Source: a virus (lineage: Duplodnaviria > Caudoviricetes). Taken from it: a stretch of DNA of 64,000 bases. Location: positions 32,001 through 96,000 of the IMG/VR virus record IMGVR_UViG_3300037127_000056; one strand, written 5' to 3'. The position numbers and the translations under genes are program-made. Below, piece by piece: positions 48,824 to 58,802 of this stretch (the first letter of the stretch is position 1; every line of letters begins with the position of its first letter). A model generated the notes under the pieces. The model searched no databases and was not told where the DNA came from. It was given only the letters and a program-made list of their open reading frames with translations.

Positions 48824-50338
48824 GTGCGCTTGCACGTCCACACATTCGTCGATCCATTTGACGGAACGACGAACACGACGGCCGCGGAGATGGGGCAGTC
48901 GCACGTCCACACCGGGACATGGTCCAATGGCGAGACATACGTCACTTCGATGGCGGACGATGTTCCCAATCATGGACATCACGTCGTGTTCCCTGAGACC
49001 GGTGAGACTCTGGTGTCTAGCTACTCCCTGACCGTCATTCCTGGAGGCGAAACCATGAAATCCTATCCCCATGTCTTGACGTGGGAGGCCGTGGCAGCGA
49101 ACTACCTGCCGGACGATGGGTCATCGGGGATGCCGGAATCTCTTGAAGCCGACATCCCCGGTCGATACCAGTTCTGGAAGTGCGAGGCTACCGAAGACAA
49201 ACTCGCGGTTCGGCGCGCTCTCGTCGAATCCGGCATTGTCGCGGAAAGCAACATCCGCATCGTGACCGTCAAGTCCGGGAACGAGACCGTCGGTGAGGAA
49301 CTGCACCGCGTCGTCTTCAAAGAGACGTCGGCGATGGTCCTGCCTTCGCCGGAGCCTGGAGCCCCGGTCGTTCCTACATTCAAGTCGGATCTCACCCTGG
49401 CCGCGGATGTCGCCGGTCTTGAGAACCCCTTGGTGATGGACACCAACATCGTGTCCCTGTTCGGACTTGATGAAACTCTACGGCGCGCGGAAGCCGGCGC
49501 CCGAGACTGGCTTGTCCAGATTGATCCCGACTCCCCCGCATTCGACGCCGCTCTCAAGCGCTATGACGCTCCGACGCTGTATGCCCTCAAGCACAGTGAC
49601 GCCGCGGTGTATCTCGCAAGCGGTATCCCCGATGACGGTGATGTCCGATGGTTGATGAAAGCGGATACCGATGCCGTCACCAACCTGCTCTGCCGACAGA
49701 ACCTTTCACCCGTCGAGATTCTCCAGCGGGCGGACAATGAGGTCATCCCGGAGCGGGTCGCGGACCTTGCGGAACACGTCTCCAGCATCGCCGCCAAGCG
49801 AGCCGGTTGGTCTGACTACGATGCCAGGGTTGCAACCCGTGCCGTGGTCACTATCCAACGGGAACTCGCCAAGGGTGCGACCGCCGACGCTGCGACCCTG
49901 CAGTCTCTGGGTGTGGACGTCCGCAAGGCGGTGTCCGACCTCGCGGAGCGGGTGCAGGAAATCAGCATCCACAAAGCCGATCGTCCCGATGAGGAACGCA
50001 TCGTCTACGGCATCGTCCTCGAACCGGACACCGTTGACCTCCAGGGTGATGTCGTCACCGCGGACACCATCCGCAAGGCGGCACACGACTACATGGAGCA
50101 CTCCGGTGCCATCGGTCTCCAGCATGAGGAGATCATCACCGGCAAGGCCAAGATCCTGGAGACGTTCATCGCCCCCGTGGACTTCGACGTCGGCGGCCGT
50201 GTGATCCGCAAGGGTAGTTGGGTGATGTGCCAGCGGATCGTCGATGACGGCCTCTGGAAAGCCGTCAAAGCCGGCGACATCACTGGCTTTTCCATCGGGG
50301 GCCGTGGAACCCGCGAGCCCGTAGGAGGTGTCGCGTGA
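48824..50338 (+). CDS. XkdF-like prohead serine protease (C-terminal domain) with long N-terminal extension
   Basis: EERIVYGIVLEPDTVDLQGD...IGLQHE...GSWVM...LWKAVKAGDITGFSIGG. Confidence 0.88.
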   Translation: MRLHVHTFVDPFDGTTNTTAAEMGQSHVHTGTWSNGETYVTSMADDVPNHGHHVVFPETGETLVSSYSLTVIPGGETMKSYPHVLTWEAVAANYLPDDGSSGMPESLEADIPGRYQFWKCEATEDKLAVRRALVESGIVAESNIRIVTVKSGNETVGEELHRVVFKETSAMVLPSPEPGAPVVPTFKSDLTLAADVAGLENPLVMDTNIVSLFGLDETLRRAEAGARDWLVQIDPDSPAFDAALKRYDAPTLYALKHSDAAVYLASGIPDDGDVRWLMKADTDAVTNLLCRQNLSPVEILQRADNEVIPERVADLAEHVSSIAAKRAGWSDYDARVATRAVVTIQRELAKGATADAATLQSLGVDVRKAVSDLAERVQEISIHKADRPDEERIVYGIVLEPDTVDLQGDVVTADTIRKAAHDYMEHSGAIGLQHEEIITGKAKILETFIAPVDFDVGGRVIRKGSWVMCQRIVDDGLWKAVKAGDITGFSIGGRGTREPVGGVA

Positions 50339-51285
50339 ACAAAGCTCGAACGAATCGCCGGGCCCGCAAGGCCCAGAACAAACTGAAGAACCTCACGGTT
50401 CAGGAGGTGTCGATCGTGGATCGTCCCGCAAATGACCACCCGTTTCATCTGACCAAGTCCGAGACCCCCGTACAGGTGGACGGGGATAGCTTGGTCATCG
50501 ACCGTTCCGCATCGGCAGCCGCAACCGCCGCTCTCGTCGCGGGACAACACTTCAGCGCCGCCATCACGAAGATGCTTACGGTTTCCGAGCATGGGCGCCA
50601 GCAGGTGCATTCCTACCTCGGTGAGCTGTACATGCGCATCGATGAGCTGTGCAACATCCTAGCCAATGTCGATGGCAACCCCATGGGGGGCACCCTGGAC
50701 TCCGCGATCGGACAAGAGCTTGCGGAAATCGCCGGGATTTTCATGAAGCTGGCCACCGCGTTTGGTGCGACTTCGATCGTCGAGCCGGCTGCAAAGGCAG
50801 ATGCCAGTGACGACGCCGACGTGTCCAAGGCCGGTCGCAAGATGAGCAAGATGAATGCGTCTCGGTTGCGTGATGCCATCGTGCTTCTGAACGAGCTGGC
50901 GCAGACCGTCATGCCGGATGAGATCTCGGGTATGTACGAGAAGATGTACGGCGGGAAGTTCAAAAAGTCGGACGACGCGAGTCCCGCCGGCGGGAATCTC
51001 CCGGCCTACATCCCCGGCGCCGATGTCGCAGCCGCGCTTGCTGATACCGTCTCGAAGTTCGACAACGGTCTCAGTTCTACACTCGATCATGTGGTGGCTC
51101 TTACTCAGCGTGTGGATGCCCTGGAAGCCCGACCGGTTGCGAAAGCGGCCCCGGCGCGCCGGATCAACACCCATGCACCCAGCAATGCCATCGACACCGC
51201 GGATGCTGCCCCCCGGCATGCCCGTGCCACCGAACTCGATGCCAAAGTCCCCGCGTTGGGCTGGGACTCGGAACTGGCCCGCTAG
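50335..51285 (+). CDS. Putative scaffold protein
   Basis: LKNLTVQEVSIVDRPAN N-terminus, KAGRKMSKMN..RL; lies between protease and capsid. Confidence 0.7.
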   Translation: MNKARTNRRARKAQNKLKNLTVQEVSIVDRPANDHPFHLTKSETPVQVDGDSLVIDRSASAAATAALVAGQHFSAAITKMLTVSEHGRQQVHSYLGELYMRIDELCNILANVDGNPMGGTLDSAIGQELAEIAGIFMKLATAFGATSIVEPAAKADASDDADVSKAGRKMSKMNASRLRDAIVLLNELAQTVMPDEISGMYEKMYGGKFKKSDDASPAGGNLPAYIPGADVAAALADTVSKFDNGLSSTLDHVVALTQRVDALEARPVAKAAPARRINTHAPSNAIDTADAAPRHARATELDAKVPALGWDSELAR

Positions 51286-51315
51286 GCCACAACCCTTACC
51301 ACGAGGTATAGCAAT

Positions 51316-52275
51316 ATGAGTATCAACAACCTGGCCCAGCGAGAGCCCGAAGCGATCAAGAAGGCCGACCTCCGTCTCAGCAACATCCTGGATCCTCTGG
51401 GTGAGCTTGTCCCGGCTCAGGCGAACAACTTCGTCCGCCTGATGCAGAAGGAATCCGTGCTCTTGGGTGCGGCCAATGTCGAGGTTCTGCGCGCCAAGAA
51501 GCAGCGCGTCAACAAGGTGCGGTTCGCGCAACGGATCCTCCGCCGTGGCGTCGAGGGGCAGGCCCTGTCCCAGGCCGACCGCAGTGCCCCGGACTTCACC
51601 GTCGCGGAGTTCGACACCCAGCTGATGAAGGCTGAGGTCAACCTTACTCAGGAAGTGCTGGAGGACAACATCGAGGGGGATCGGTTCATCTCGACTCTCC
51701 TGGAGCTGATGTCCGGCGCCATCGCCCGCGACCTCGAAGATGTCGTGGTCAACGGTGATACCAGTATCGTCGATCCGACCAATCTCCTGGGCACCTTCGA
51801 CGGTATGCTGGTTTCCGCGACCACCAACGTCACCAACGCCCTGGGCTCCGTGTTCGATCAGAACGTCGCCAACGCGATGATCCAGACCATGCCGGTGGAG
51901 TTCCGCAAGAACCGTGCCGCGCAGCGCTTCATGACGGATCACAACTCCGATCAGAACGCCCGCAATACCCAGGCCACTCGTGCCACCGAGTTGGGCGATG
52001 ACCAGCTGACCAACTACAACGCCGTGCGCTGGCACGGCATCAACCTCATGCCGATCGATGTCTGGCCGAGCAACTTGGGTGGCGGTCTCGATGAGACCAA
52101 TGTCATCCTCACCGCACTGCAGAATGTTGGCGTCGGCATCTGGCGCCGCTTCAAAATCACTCGCGAAGTGGACAACCGCGCGGACACCGTCTCCTGGATT
52201 GCGTCGGTTCGGGCGGATTTCAAGTACATCGAAGAAACCGCGGTCGTGAAGGCGATCCAGGTTCAGAGCCTGTAA
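51316..52275 (+). CDS. Major capsid protein (HK97 fold, XkdG-like)
   Basis: GELVPAQANNF, EVLEDNIEG, ARDLEDVVVNGDT, FDGML, RADFKYIEETAVVK. Confidence 0.92.
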   Translation: MSINNLAQREPEAIKKADLRLSNILDPLGELVPAQANNFVRLMQKESVLLGAANVEVLRAKKQRVNKVRFAQRILRRGVEGQALSQADRSAPDFTVAEFDTQLMKAEVNLTQEVLEDNIEGDRFISTLLELMSGAIARDLEDVVVNGDTSIVDPTNLLGTFDGMLVSATTNVTNALGSVFDQNVANAMIQTMPVEFRKNRAAQRFMTDHNSDQNARNTQATRATELGDDQLTNYNAVRWHGINLMPIDVWPSNLGGGLDETNVILTALQNVGVGIWRRFKITREVDNRADTVSWIASVRADFKYIEETAVVKAIQVQSL

Positions 52276-52287
52276 GGAGGACTCAGT

Positions 52288-52626
52288 ATGGCACTTTCTA
52301 CTCCCGCTACTGCGCCACTGCGCGCGCATCAATCGCCAGAACTCCAGGTCTACTGCGACGTCATCGAGTTCCCTGGGGACGACGACTACGTCACCGGTGG
52401 TACCCCCGAGTTCCAGTCGTTCGTCCGGGCCGCGGTGGGTCACAACGTCACCGTGATCGCGATCATCGATGTCGGCAGCAACACCGCCGGTACTCCAGCG
52501 CTGTTCGAGCCGGTCTATGACCAGGCCAACGACACCCTCATCGTGCTGGACCCGGCGCGAGTCGAGGTGGCCGCGACGACCGACCTCAGCACCACGACCT
52601 TCCGCCTCGCGGTACTTTCCAAGTAG
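52288..52626 (+). CDS. Putative head decoration protein
   Basis: AAGGAGG RBS after the capsid gene; YVTGG...EVAATTDLS. Confidence 0.6.
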   Translation: MALSTPATAPLRAHQSPELQVYCDVIEFPGDDDYVTGGTPEFQSFVRAAVGHNVTVIAIIDVGSNTAGTPALFEPVYDQANDTLIVLDPARVEVAATTDLSTTTFRLAVLSK

Positions 52627-52641
52627 GAGGAACTCCTCAGT

Positions 52642-52926
52642 ATGGCTACTATCTACCCCACCACGTTCGATGGTCAAAACAACATTGAACGCGGCACCAA
52701 GGTCGTCAAGCGATCTGGTGAGTCGGATCTCGCGACCATCCTTCGGGACGCCGCGGGAGACCTCGCCAACAGTTCGACCGATCTGGGCTTGATTCTTCAG
52801 GCCCTGCAAGCGCTGTCCGACAAGCTGGATCTGGACGCCGGTGTCAGCGACACCGACTACCGAGCCACCCTTGACGGCATCATCACCGTAGTCGCTAGCG
52901 CGTCGCCCTCCACGATCGCCGGCTAA
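52642..52926 (+). CDS. Small putative head protein
   Basis: AGGAGG RBS; KLDLDAGVSDTDY. Confidence 0.6.
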   Translation: MATIYPTTFDGQNNIERGTKVVKRSGESDLATILRDAAGDLANSSTDLGLILQALQALSDKLDLDAGVSDTDYRATLDGIITVVASASPSTIAG

Positions 52927-52958
52927 CATCATCCCCATACTCCAACCAACGAGGAACT

Positions 52959-53525
52959 ATGTACAATTTTGATCCTGACCTAGAAGAATGGTCCCCCGAA
53001 GCCGACTACTGGGTGCGGTTTGCTCCGGTCCAGCCGAACATGAAGACCTACACGATCCTCGGGTTCGGCAAGATCACCTCGACTCAGGAGTGGGTGGTTT
53101 GCAAGGGTGACGTCGCGAAACATCTTGCCTACACCACCACGAGTGGCTACAGCGTGACGATTGCGGAACGACTGGGACGCGGGCGCTACAAGCTGGCGTT
53201 CGACGTTGCCCGGAATCCCGAGGAAGCCACGGCGATCGAGCGCTGGTATCAGCGCAACGTCGAGGTCGAGCGACCGGGTACCATCGCGCGCCCCAACGCC
53301 TTGAAGCGGTTGACTCCAAAGTCGATCGAGGCACGTCAGCGTCTCGTCGAACGGCAGGAGCTGCCGGAATTGAACCCCGCGGTTCCGGTGGAGAATCCTC
53401 CGCCACCCCCGATGCCCTCTCTGGGTACCCCCGCGAAGCTGAGCCCGCCGGCACTTGCCGAGAGTGCGCCCAAAGCGAAGCGAGGACGGGGGCGTCCCCG
53501 CAAGGGCGATTCCGCGAGCAAGTAA
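52959..53525 (+). CDS. Head-operon protein with C-terminal AT-hook-like motif
   Basis: GAGGA RBS; Pro-rich linker; KRGRGRPRK. Confidence 0.6.
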   Translation: MYNFDPDLEEWSPEADYWVRFAPVQPNMKTYTILGFGKITSTQEWVVCKGDVAKHLAYTTTSGYSVTIAERLGRGRYKLAFDVARNPEEATAIERWYQRNVEVERPGTIARPNALKRLTPKSIEARQRLVERQELPELNPAVPVENPPPPPMPSLGTPAKLSPPALAESAPKAKRGRGRPRKGDSASK

Positions 53526-53587
53526 GCTCATGATATGACCGGGTTGGAGAGCCCGTTCTGACATAAGGGTTGGATGGTGTATGGGTT

Positions 53588-53627
53588 GAGCCGGGCCACT
53601 TCGGTGGTGAGCCGGCTCTTTTTTTTT
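53588..53627 (+). terminator. Rho-independent terminator of the head operon
   Basis: GAGCCGG-CCAC-TTCG-GTGG-CCGGCTC followed by T9. Confidence 0.8.
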
Positions 53628-53634
53628 GTCGGAA

Positions 53635-54927
53635 TCACACGACCTTCACATGCGTCACCCACGTGTCCGGCTCGCCGCGGAACTCGCGATGTTGCTTCAC
53701 CTTGGCCCGAATGGTGTAACACTCGCCCTTGGTCATCTCCGGGTACGACGACGTCTTCCAGCTCATCTTGTCGCCCGCTTGGGTACGGAACACGAACAAC
53801 CGGGTGAATCCGCCGTAGCCGTTCTCACCGAAGTCGATGATCTTCTCCAAGGTGACCTCACCGGTGGCGTACTGCCCGACGATCCCGACGTGCTCCCCGG
53901 CAGGCTTGGATCCGTTCCGCTTTCTGGCGTCGTCCTGACGCTTCTGGTACCAGATCCACGCCGCCGCCGCGATGCGGGTGTGACGGTCCTGTAGGTAGAC
54001 GTCCTTGAGACTGGCGATGAGATTGGCCTCGAAGTCATTCCCGCCGGCGGGAATCTCACCCACCGCGGCGACCATCCGCTCGGCATGAGCCCGGTCATCA
54101 TCGGTCACCATAAGCGGATCCTGTCCCCAATAGGACACCATCGCGCGAGACGCCGTCGGAATGAGATTCCGCTCGTACGCCGCCTTGCCGGACACCCATC
54201 CATAGACGCGGGCCGCGGCGCAGACATGCGCCATGAAATCGTCCCGTTCCACGACATGGGGGTAGTCGTTGCCGACGTACCGCATCTCGCCAACGGCCTT
54301 GCCGATCCGTGCGATGTCCTTGAACGTGGTTTCCAGCATGCCGCCATCATCCACGAAGTCCGTGAGACACGTGGAGCCGACCTGTAACGACGTATCGCCG
54401 TTGTGTAGGACGAATGTGGTGTGCCGGCGACGCTTCGTCTGGCAGTGGTCACAGAATGCCGTGGAGCGGACCTTATTCCAGTCCACCCCAGCAAGGAGCA
54501 TCATCTGCGCTCGCGCCATAGCCCCGGTGAACTCGTGTCCGGTCTCGATCATGTGGTCCATGGCAACCATAGCGGATTCCGCGTCGTTGACACCCATCTC
54601 TACCCCGGCGTTGCGGGCCGCGTTGGCGATGATACCGATCGCCGGGATCGACTTGATGACCGCGGTGTCCCCGGCATGCTCGACCTTGGCCAAAACCGTC
54701 CATTCATGGGTCTGCCACACGAGGCCGCTGATCGTGACATCGACCACGGCGACATCGCGAGGCAGCCCCCACGACAGTCCCGACACGGTGTAGATGTCAG
54801 ACGTCGTGATGGTCAATGCGTTGAGGTCACCCCCCTTGGCGCGGCGACGATTGATGCGACCCACGGTCTTGGTGATGACGTCATTCCGGCCGGCGGGAAT
54901 CGTGATGGTGTAGTTCTGCGTGTTCAT
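53635..54927 (-). CDS. Conserved phage protein with Cys cluster and C-terminal OB-fold-like region
   Basis: CDHCQTKRRR...QVGSTCLTDF; WKTS...IRAKVKQHREFRG. Confidence 0.7.
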   Translation of the reverse strand: MNTQNYTITIPAGRNDVITKTVGRINRRRAKGGDLNALTITTSDIYTVSGLSWGLPRDVAVVDVTISGLVWQTHEWTVLAKVEHAGDTAVIKSIPAIGIIANAARNAGVEMGVNDAESAMVAMDHMIETGHEFTGAMARAQMMLLAGVDWNKVRSTAFCDHCQTKRRRHTTFVLHNGDTSLQVGSTCLTDFVDDGGMLETTFKDIARIGKAVGEMRYVGNDYPHVVERDDFMAHVCAAARVYGWVSGKAAYERNLIPTASRAMVSYWGQDPLMVTDDDRAHAERMVAAVGEIPAGGNDFEANLIASLKDVYLQDRHTRIAAAAWIWYQKRQDDARKRNGSKPAGEHVGIVGQYATGEVTLEKIIDFGENGYGGFTRLFVFRTQAGDKMSWKTSSYPEMTKGECYTIRAKVKQHREFRGEPDTWVTHVKVV

Positions 54928-54980
54928 GACCGTTACACTAGCGCATCCGCCGGCAACCCGCAAGATCTAAACTCGACTTT

Positions 54981-57005
54981 GTGGCGGACATCTCGACATT
55001 TTTCCCCGATCGCATTGGCTTCGAACACGGGCGTATCGTCCCGGAGTCGGTCACACCAGCGGATGGCGACTATGTCCTGAGTCTCGGCGGCGATCGCCCC
55101 TACACGACGTCATTGTTCACACCCGGTGATACGGTCGCCTATAGCCAGGAGCTGGCCCGCGGGACGAACAACCTGCTTCGGATGGTCGCCGCCACAATCG
55201 GCGTCCCCGTCCCTGTCATCACCACACCCCCGGTGTTCGCGCTCGCCGACGCCGAGACCATCACATTCACTTCCGACGGGGAGACCGAAGTCGTCACCCT
55301 TTCGACCGATGACTTCGTGGACATCGCGAACGCCACCGGCCAGGAGGTCGCCGATGTACTCGCCCGTGACCTCTCCGGGATCTACTCCGTGCGGCTCAGC
55401 AAAGATTACCGCGTCACCGTGGTGAGCACCCAGCGCGGCAAACAATCTGAGATCGTTGTAGGGGGCACGGCGACCCTTGGCTTTCGTCGCCCGCGCTGGA
55501 TCCTTGAAGCCGACGTCGAGGGGGTCATCGTATCTCGCGAAATCTTGTCCGGCGATGCCCAAGTCTACACCGACATCGCTGTCTACCTCGATGGTCTGCC
55601 GGCAAGCGTGACCACCACACTGAAGCTCTCGTTCCTGGACGCCGATGGTGTGGTCGATGCCGGCGTCCTGATGTTGGCGGAGCTACCGGGTGCGTACTTC
55701 GACAACCTCGTGTTCCTCACGGTGTCGCCCACCACTCTGATCAACCGCGTCCCTGAGCCCGGACATAGCGACCATCCCGTGGGCGACAACATCGTTCTCG
55801 AAGCCGTGGCGGATGCTCCCATCGCGATCGGCGATGTCTCGATCAACGTGTCCATCAATGGCGACGATTTCACCGCGATCGACACCGGCTCATTCGTCGC
55901 CCCATTCGATGGCCCGGAGTCGGCACTGACTCAGATTGGACCGAACCATATCGGGATCGTCATTGACCCCGTGGATGACCTGCCGGAGCAAACCGAGATC
56001 ACGGTGATGTTTTTGGCACCGCTGAATGGCGGCGCCGGTCCCATCACATACCAGTTCGTCACCGAAGACCTTACCGGGCCAAGGATCGAATCTCTCACGG
56101 CGCTGAGCAAGACAGAAGTCGTGATCACGTTCAACGAAGGCGTCGCCGATGACGCCCTGGATCCCGCGAACTGGACATACACCGCGGTCACGTTGCCGGC
56201 AATAACGCCCGTCGTGGTCTCTGTGGTACGCATCTCCACGCGTGCCGTGAAGCTCATCATCGACACCGAAACCTCGGTGGGTCGCATCTATGAAGTCGCC
56301 GCCGAATCCGTCGATGATACGTCCGGGAATGATAGTGGTCCGATCTCAATCCGCTACACCGCCCCGGCGTCATCGAACTCGCCCACGGACAGAGATTTCC
56401 GAGTTCAAGACTTTGTCCCGGACTACAACTGGTCCCTCGATGCGGCCGGCGACTTGCGGAGGTTCATCGACAGCTTGCAAGACATCGTTGACGTCCTGTT
56501 GTGCTCCATCGACGAATGGGTTTTGCAACTCGACCCCGATACCGCCAGTGAGCCAGTACTCGATGCCATGTTGTGCGATCTCGGGAATCCGTTCAACTTT
56601 GTCTTGTCCGAGAATGAAAAGCGCAAGTTGATCCGGGTCTTGGTGGCCATCTACCGGCTCAAGGGCACCAAGGTTGGGATCGAACAAACCATTCTGTTCT
56701 TTCTTGGGATCTCCGTCGAGGTCGTATGTCCGTTTCTTGAGACGACTTGGATCATGGGCGTGTCCGAAATGGGGATTTCCACCATCATGGGAAGCGGCTC
56801 ATCTTACGACAAGTACTCGTTCTACATTGTCTCACCGGTGGAATTGACCGATGCACAGAGAGAGCAAATCACGAGCATCGCGGAACTGATGAAGCCAGCG
56901 CACACCCACTTCTTGAGAATCGATGAACCCACCCCACCACCCCCGGTCGTGACCACCTTGATAATGGGTGTGTCTGAAATGGGGATCAACTGGATCATGA
57001 ATTGA
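54981..57005 (+). CDS. Baseplate wedge / tail protein (P2 gpI-like domain plus Ig-like domains)
   Basis: LDPDTASEPVLDAML.DLG...YRLKGTKVGI...MKPAHTH. Confidence 0.85.
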   Translation: MADISTFFPDRIGFEHGRIVPESVTPADGDYVLSLGGDRPYTTSLFTPGDTVAYSQELARGTNNLLRMVAATIGVPVPVITTPPVFALADAETITFTSDGETEVVTLSTDDFVDIANATGQEVADVLARDLSGIYSVRLSKDYRVTVVSTQRGKQSEIVVGGTATLGFRRPRWILEADVEGVIVSREILSGDAQVYTDIAVYLDGLPASVTTTLKLSFLDADGVVDAGVLMLAELPGAYFDNLVFLTVSPTTLINRVPEPGHSDHPVGDNIVLEAVADAPIAIGDVSINVSINGDDFTAIDTGSFVAPFDGPESALTQIGPNHIGIVIDPVDDLPEQTEITVMFLAPLNGGAGPITYQFVTEDLTGPRIESLTALSKTEVVITFNEGVADDALDPANWTYTAVTLPAITPVVVSVVRISTRAVKLIIDTETSVGRIYEVAAESVDDTSGNDSGPISIRYTAPASSNSPTDRDFRVQDFVPDYNWSLDAAGDLRRFIDSLQDIVDVLLCSIDEWVLQLDPDTASEPVLDAMLCDLGNPFNFVLSENEKRKLIRVLVAIYRLKGTKVGIEQTILFFLGISVEVVCPFLETTWIMGVSEMGISTIMGSGSSYDKYSFYIVSPVELTDAQREQITSIAELMKPAHTHFLRIDEPTPPPPVVTTLIMGVSEMGINWIMN

Positions 57006-57006
57006 G

Positions 57007-57654
57007 ATGGTCTCTGAATGGCACAACCGCGCCGTGGCTCGACTCCGGGCGTATGAATGGCTCATCGACCACGCGGGCGTCCGCGACGTGTTGACGACGA
57101 CTCTCGATGCTGCCGTTGAGCAAGGCATCGAAGGTTCCGTAGAGGTCGCGGACGCCCTTGCTGTTCCATTGGGTCCACCGAATTGGAACGTCCGGCCCGA
57201 TGTCGTGATGCGGACCATATTGGCAGCGGTTTCAGAAGCCGCAATGGCCGAGAGTGTCGGTGGTGACACGATGGTCGGCTTTGTCGTTGGAACGAACCTC
57301 CAGCTCTATATCGATGCCAACGATGCCGGCGCCGAGATGCAAATCACTCAGGCCATCTACCACCACTTGCACCGAGCTGGGTTCGCAACGCATGACATCG
57401 GGATCCGTATCGGAGAAATCCCAACGGCGTGCGAACGATGGACATTCTCTTGGCGCGGGCGCCCGCAGGTAACGCATGTCCTCGAACTCAGCCGATGGTT
57501 GTCCCATTATTCGGCATTTGCTGTCATCGTGGGCGATACGGACACTGCATGGGTGGGTGAGGTTTTGTGTTCTGATCCGCCCGCACTAGATGGTGACGCT
57601 AGCGGCGCCCGTAACCCCCGTCACCTTCTCACGATAGACGACGCGGATGAGTAG
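57007..57654 (+). CDS. Hypothetical protein
   Basis: 215-aa ORF directly after the baseplate gene. Confidence 0.5.
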   Translation: MVSEWHNRAVARLRAYEWLIDHAGVRDVLTTTLDAAVEQGIEGSVEVADALAVPLGPPNWNVRPDVVMRTILAAVSEAAMAESVGGDTMVGFVVGTNLQLYIDANDAGAEMQITQAIYHHLHRAGFATHDIGIRIGEIPTACERWTFSWRGRPQVTHVLELSRWLSHYSAFAVIVGDTDTAWVGEVLCSDPPALDGDASGARNPRHLLTIDDADE

Positions 57655-57966
57655 GCCATCGCCGTCGCCTTGAACATCCACGGCCTCCGTGGCGACGGAC
57701 AAGACCTGTACAGAATCCATCCATTCCGTGAGGGCTTCTTGGACCAAGGCTCCGGCAAGGGCGGGGAGCCCATCGTCATTGGGCAAAAACTTCAAGGTGT
57801 GCAACCGTGATCCGAACCGTGCGTTCCACGGCAGCTCCCCTTGTCGCGTGCCTAGGACCTGGCCGATGTGCTCGGCAATCAAGGTCGAGCCAGTCTCGGA
57901 ATCGATGTCGGCGGCCCCGCGTCGGAAGGTGCTGGAGATGCCGGTTTGCTGGTTGCGGAGTGCCAT
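57586..57966 (-). CDS. Baseplate gp25/GPW-family protein
   Basis: IGQVLGTRQGELPWNARFGSRL...EALTEW. Confidence 0.85.
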   Translation of the reverse strand: MALRNQQTGISSTFRRGAADIDSETGSTLIAEHIGQVLGTRQGELPWNARFGSRLHTLKFLPNDDGLPALAGALVQEALTEWMDSVQVLSVATEAVDVQGDGDGLLIRVVYREKVTGVTGAASVTI

Positions 57967-57997
57967 GAGGCAATTGTAGGATCGGGTCAAAAAGAAT

Positions 57998-58026
57998 GCC
58001 CCCAATGAGACTATCTCATTGGGGGC
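57998..58026 (-). terminator. Hairpin, probable minus-strand terminator
   Basis: GCCCCCAATGAGA-3nt-TCTCATTGGGGGC followed on the minus strand by ATTCTTTTT. Confidence 0.55.
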
Positions 58027-58140
58027 ATCATGACTCAGTCGGTCGGCTTACCGGGCTTCTCCTTGCGCGGGGGCGGGGGAGGCGGCGGCGGGGGTGGGAA
58101 GTCGGGATCGGGGTCCGTTGGGGTGGCATGGTTCTTGTAG

Positions 58141-58743
58141 TCATTCATCATCATCGTTACTCCTTTGCTTGCGCTTGAAGCGCTGAAATCGGTTCGTCCA
58201 ATCGTGCATCGCGGATGCCCATCGAACATCCATCTCCTTACGCCAGTCCGTGAGATTATTGAGCTTGTGCTCCAAGAGCTGGATCTTGGATTCCATTTCG
58301 TGGATCCTGGCGTTGAACTTTGAGATCTCATTGATCTTGTCGAACATCGTGTCGAACCGCCCCTCCAGTTTCTGGAAGCGCAGCTCGACGTCGCTCTTGA
58401 GCGCTCCAATGGCTTGCGCGTTGTCGCTGGGGGTGAGGTACCCGCCGCTGAGAAACGCCGCCACAATCGCTCCCAGGACGGCCCCATAGCGCGTCCACGT
58501 ATGTTGGATGAACACCTGGCCCGGTGATGGCTCCCCATCCGTTGGGTGTTGCCCCGGAGGAACGGTGGCGGCTCTAGGCAGCCGCTCATGCATCCCCTCA
58601 TTATCACCGACACTCTGGGCTCGTTCCCGCGGCCCCCACCCATCATACCCATGCATGCTGTTGAGTGTATGGTCTTTCCGTAACCATCGTCGCGCATTGA
58701 GCTTACAACGCGGGCACAACGAAGGTGGATCGGTGGGGCGCAT
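58141..58743 (-). CDS. Membrane-anchored coiled-coil protein
   Basis: YGAVLGAIVAAFLSGGYL then heptads; start uncertain. Confidence 0.55.
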   Translation of the reverse strand: MRPTDPPSLCPRCKLNARRWLRKDHTLNSMHGYDGWGPRERAQSVGDNEGMHERLPRAATVPPGQHPTDGEPSPGQVFIQHTWTRYGAVLGAIVAAFLSGGYLTPSDNAQAIGALKSDVELRFQKLEGRFDTMFDKINEISKFNARIHEMESKIQLLEHKLNNLTDWRKEMDVRWASAMHDWTNRFQRFKRKQRSNDDDE

Positions 58744-58802
58744 GTGAAGTATATGGTACCGGCATCGAAAAGGGTGATTTCCCTTGTGATGTCGATGGGT
58801 TA

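Noticed and set aside
50659-52938. 759-aa minus-strand ORF and similar long antisense ORFs (27375-28646, 16640-17767, 8026-8871)
   Set aside because: Shadow frames of strongly GC3-biased real genes (capsid, sheath, chaperone, tape measure); no recognisable motifs.
58035-58153. Short polyproline ORF (…DFPPPPPPPPPPRKEK…)
   Set aside because: Has an AAGGAG upstream and may be real, but it is too short and low-complexity to call with confidence.
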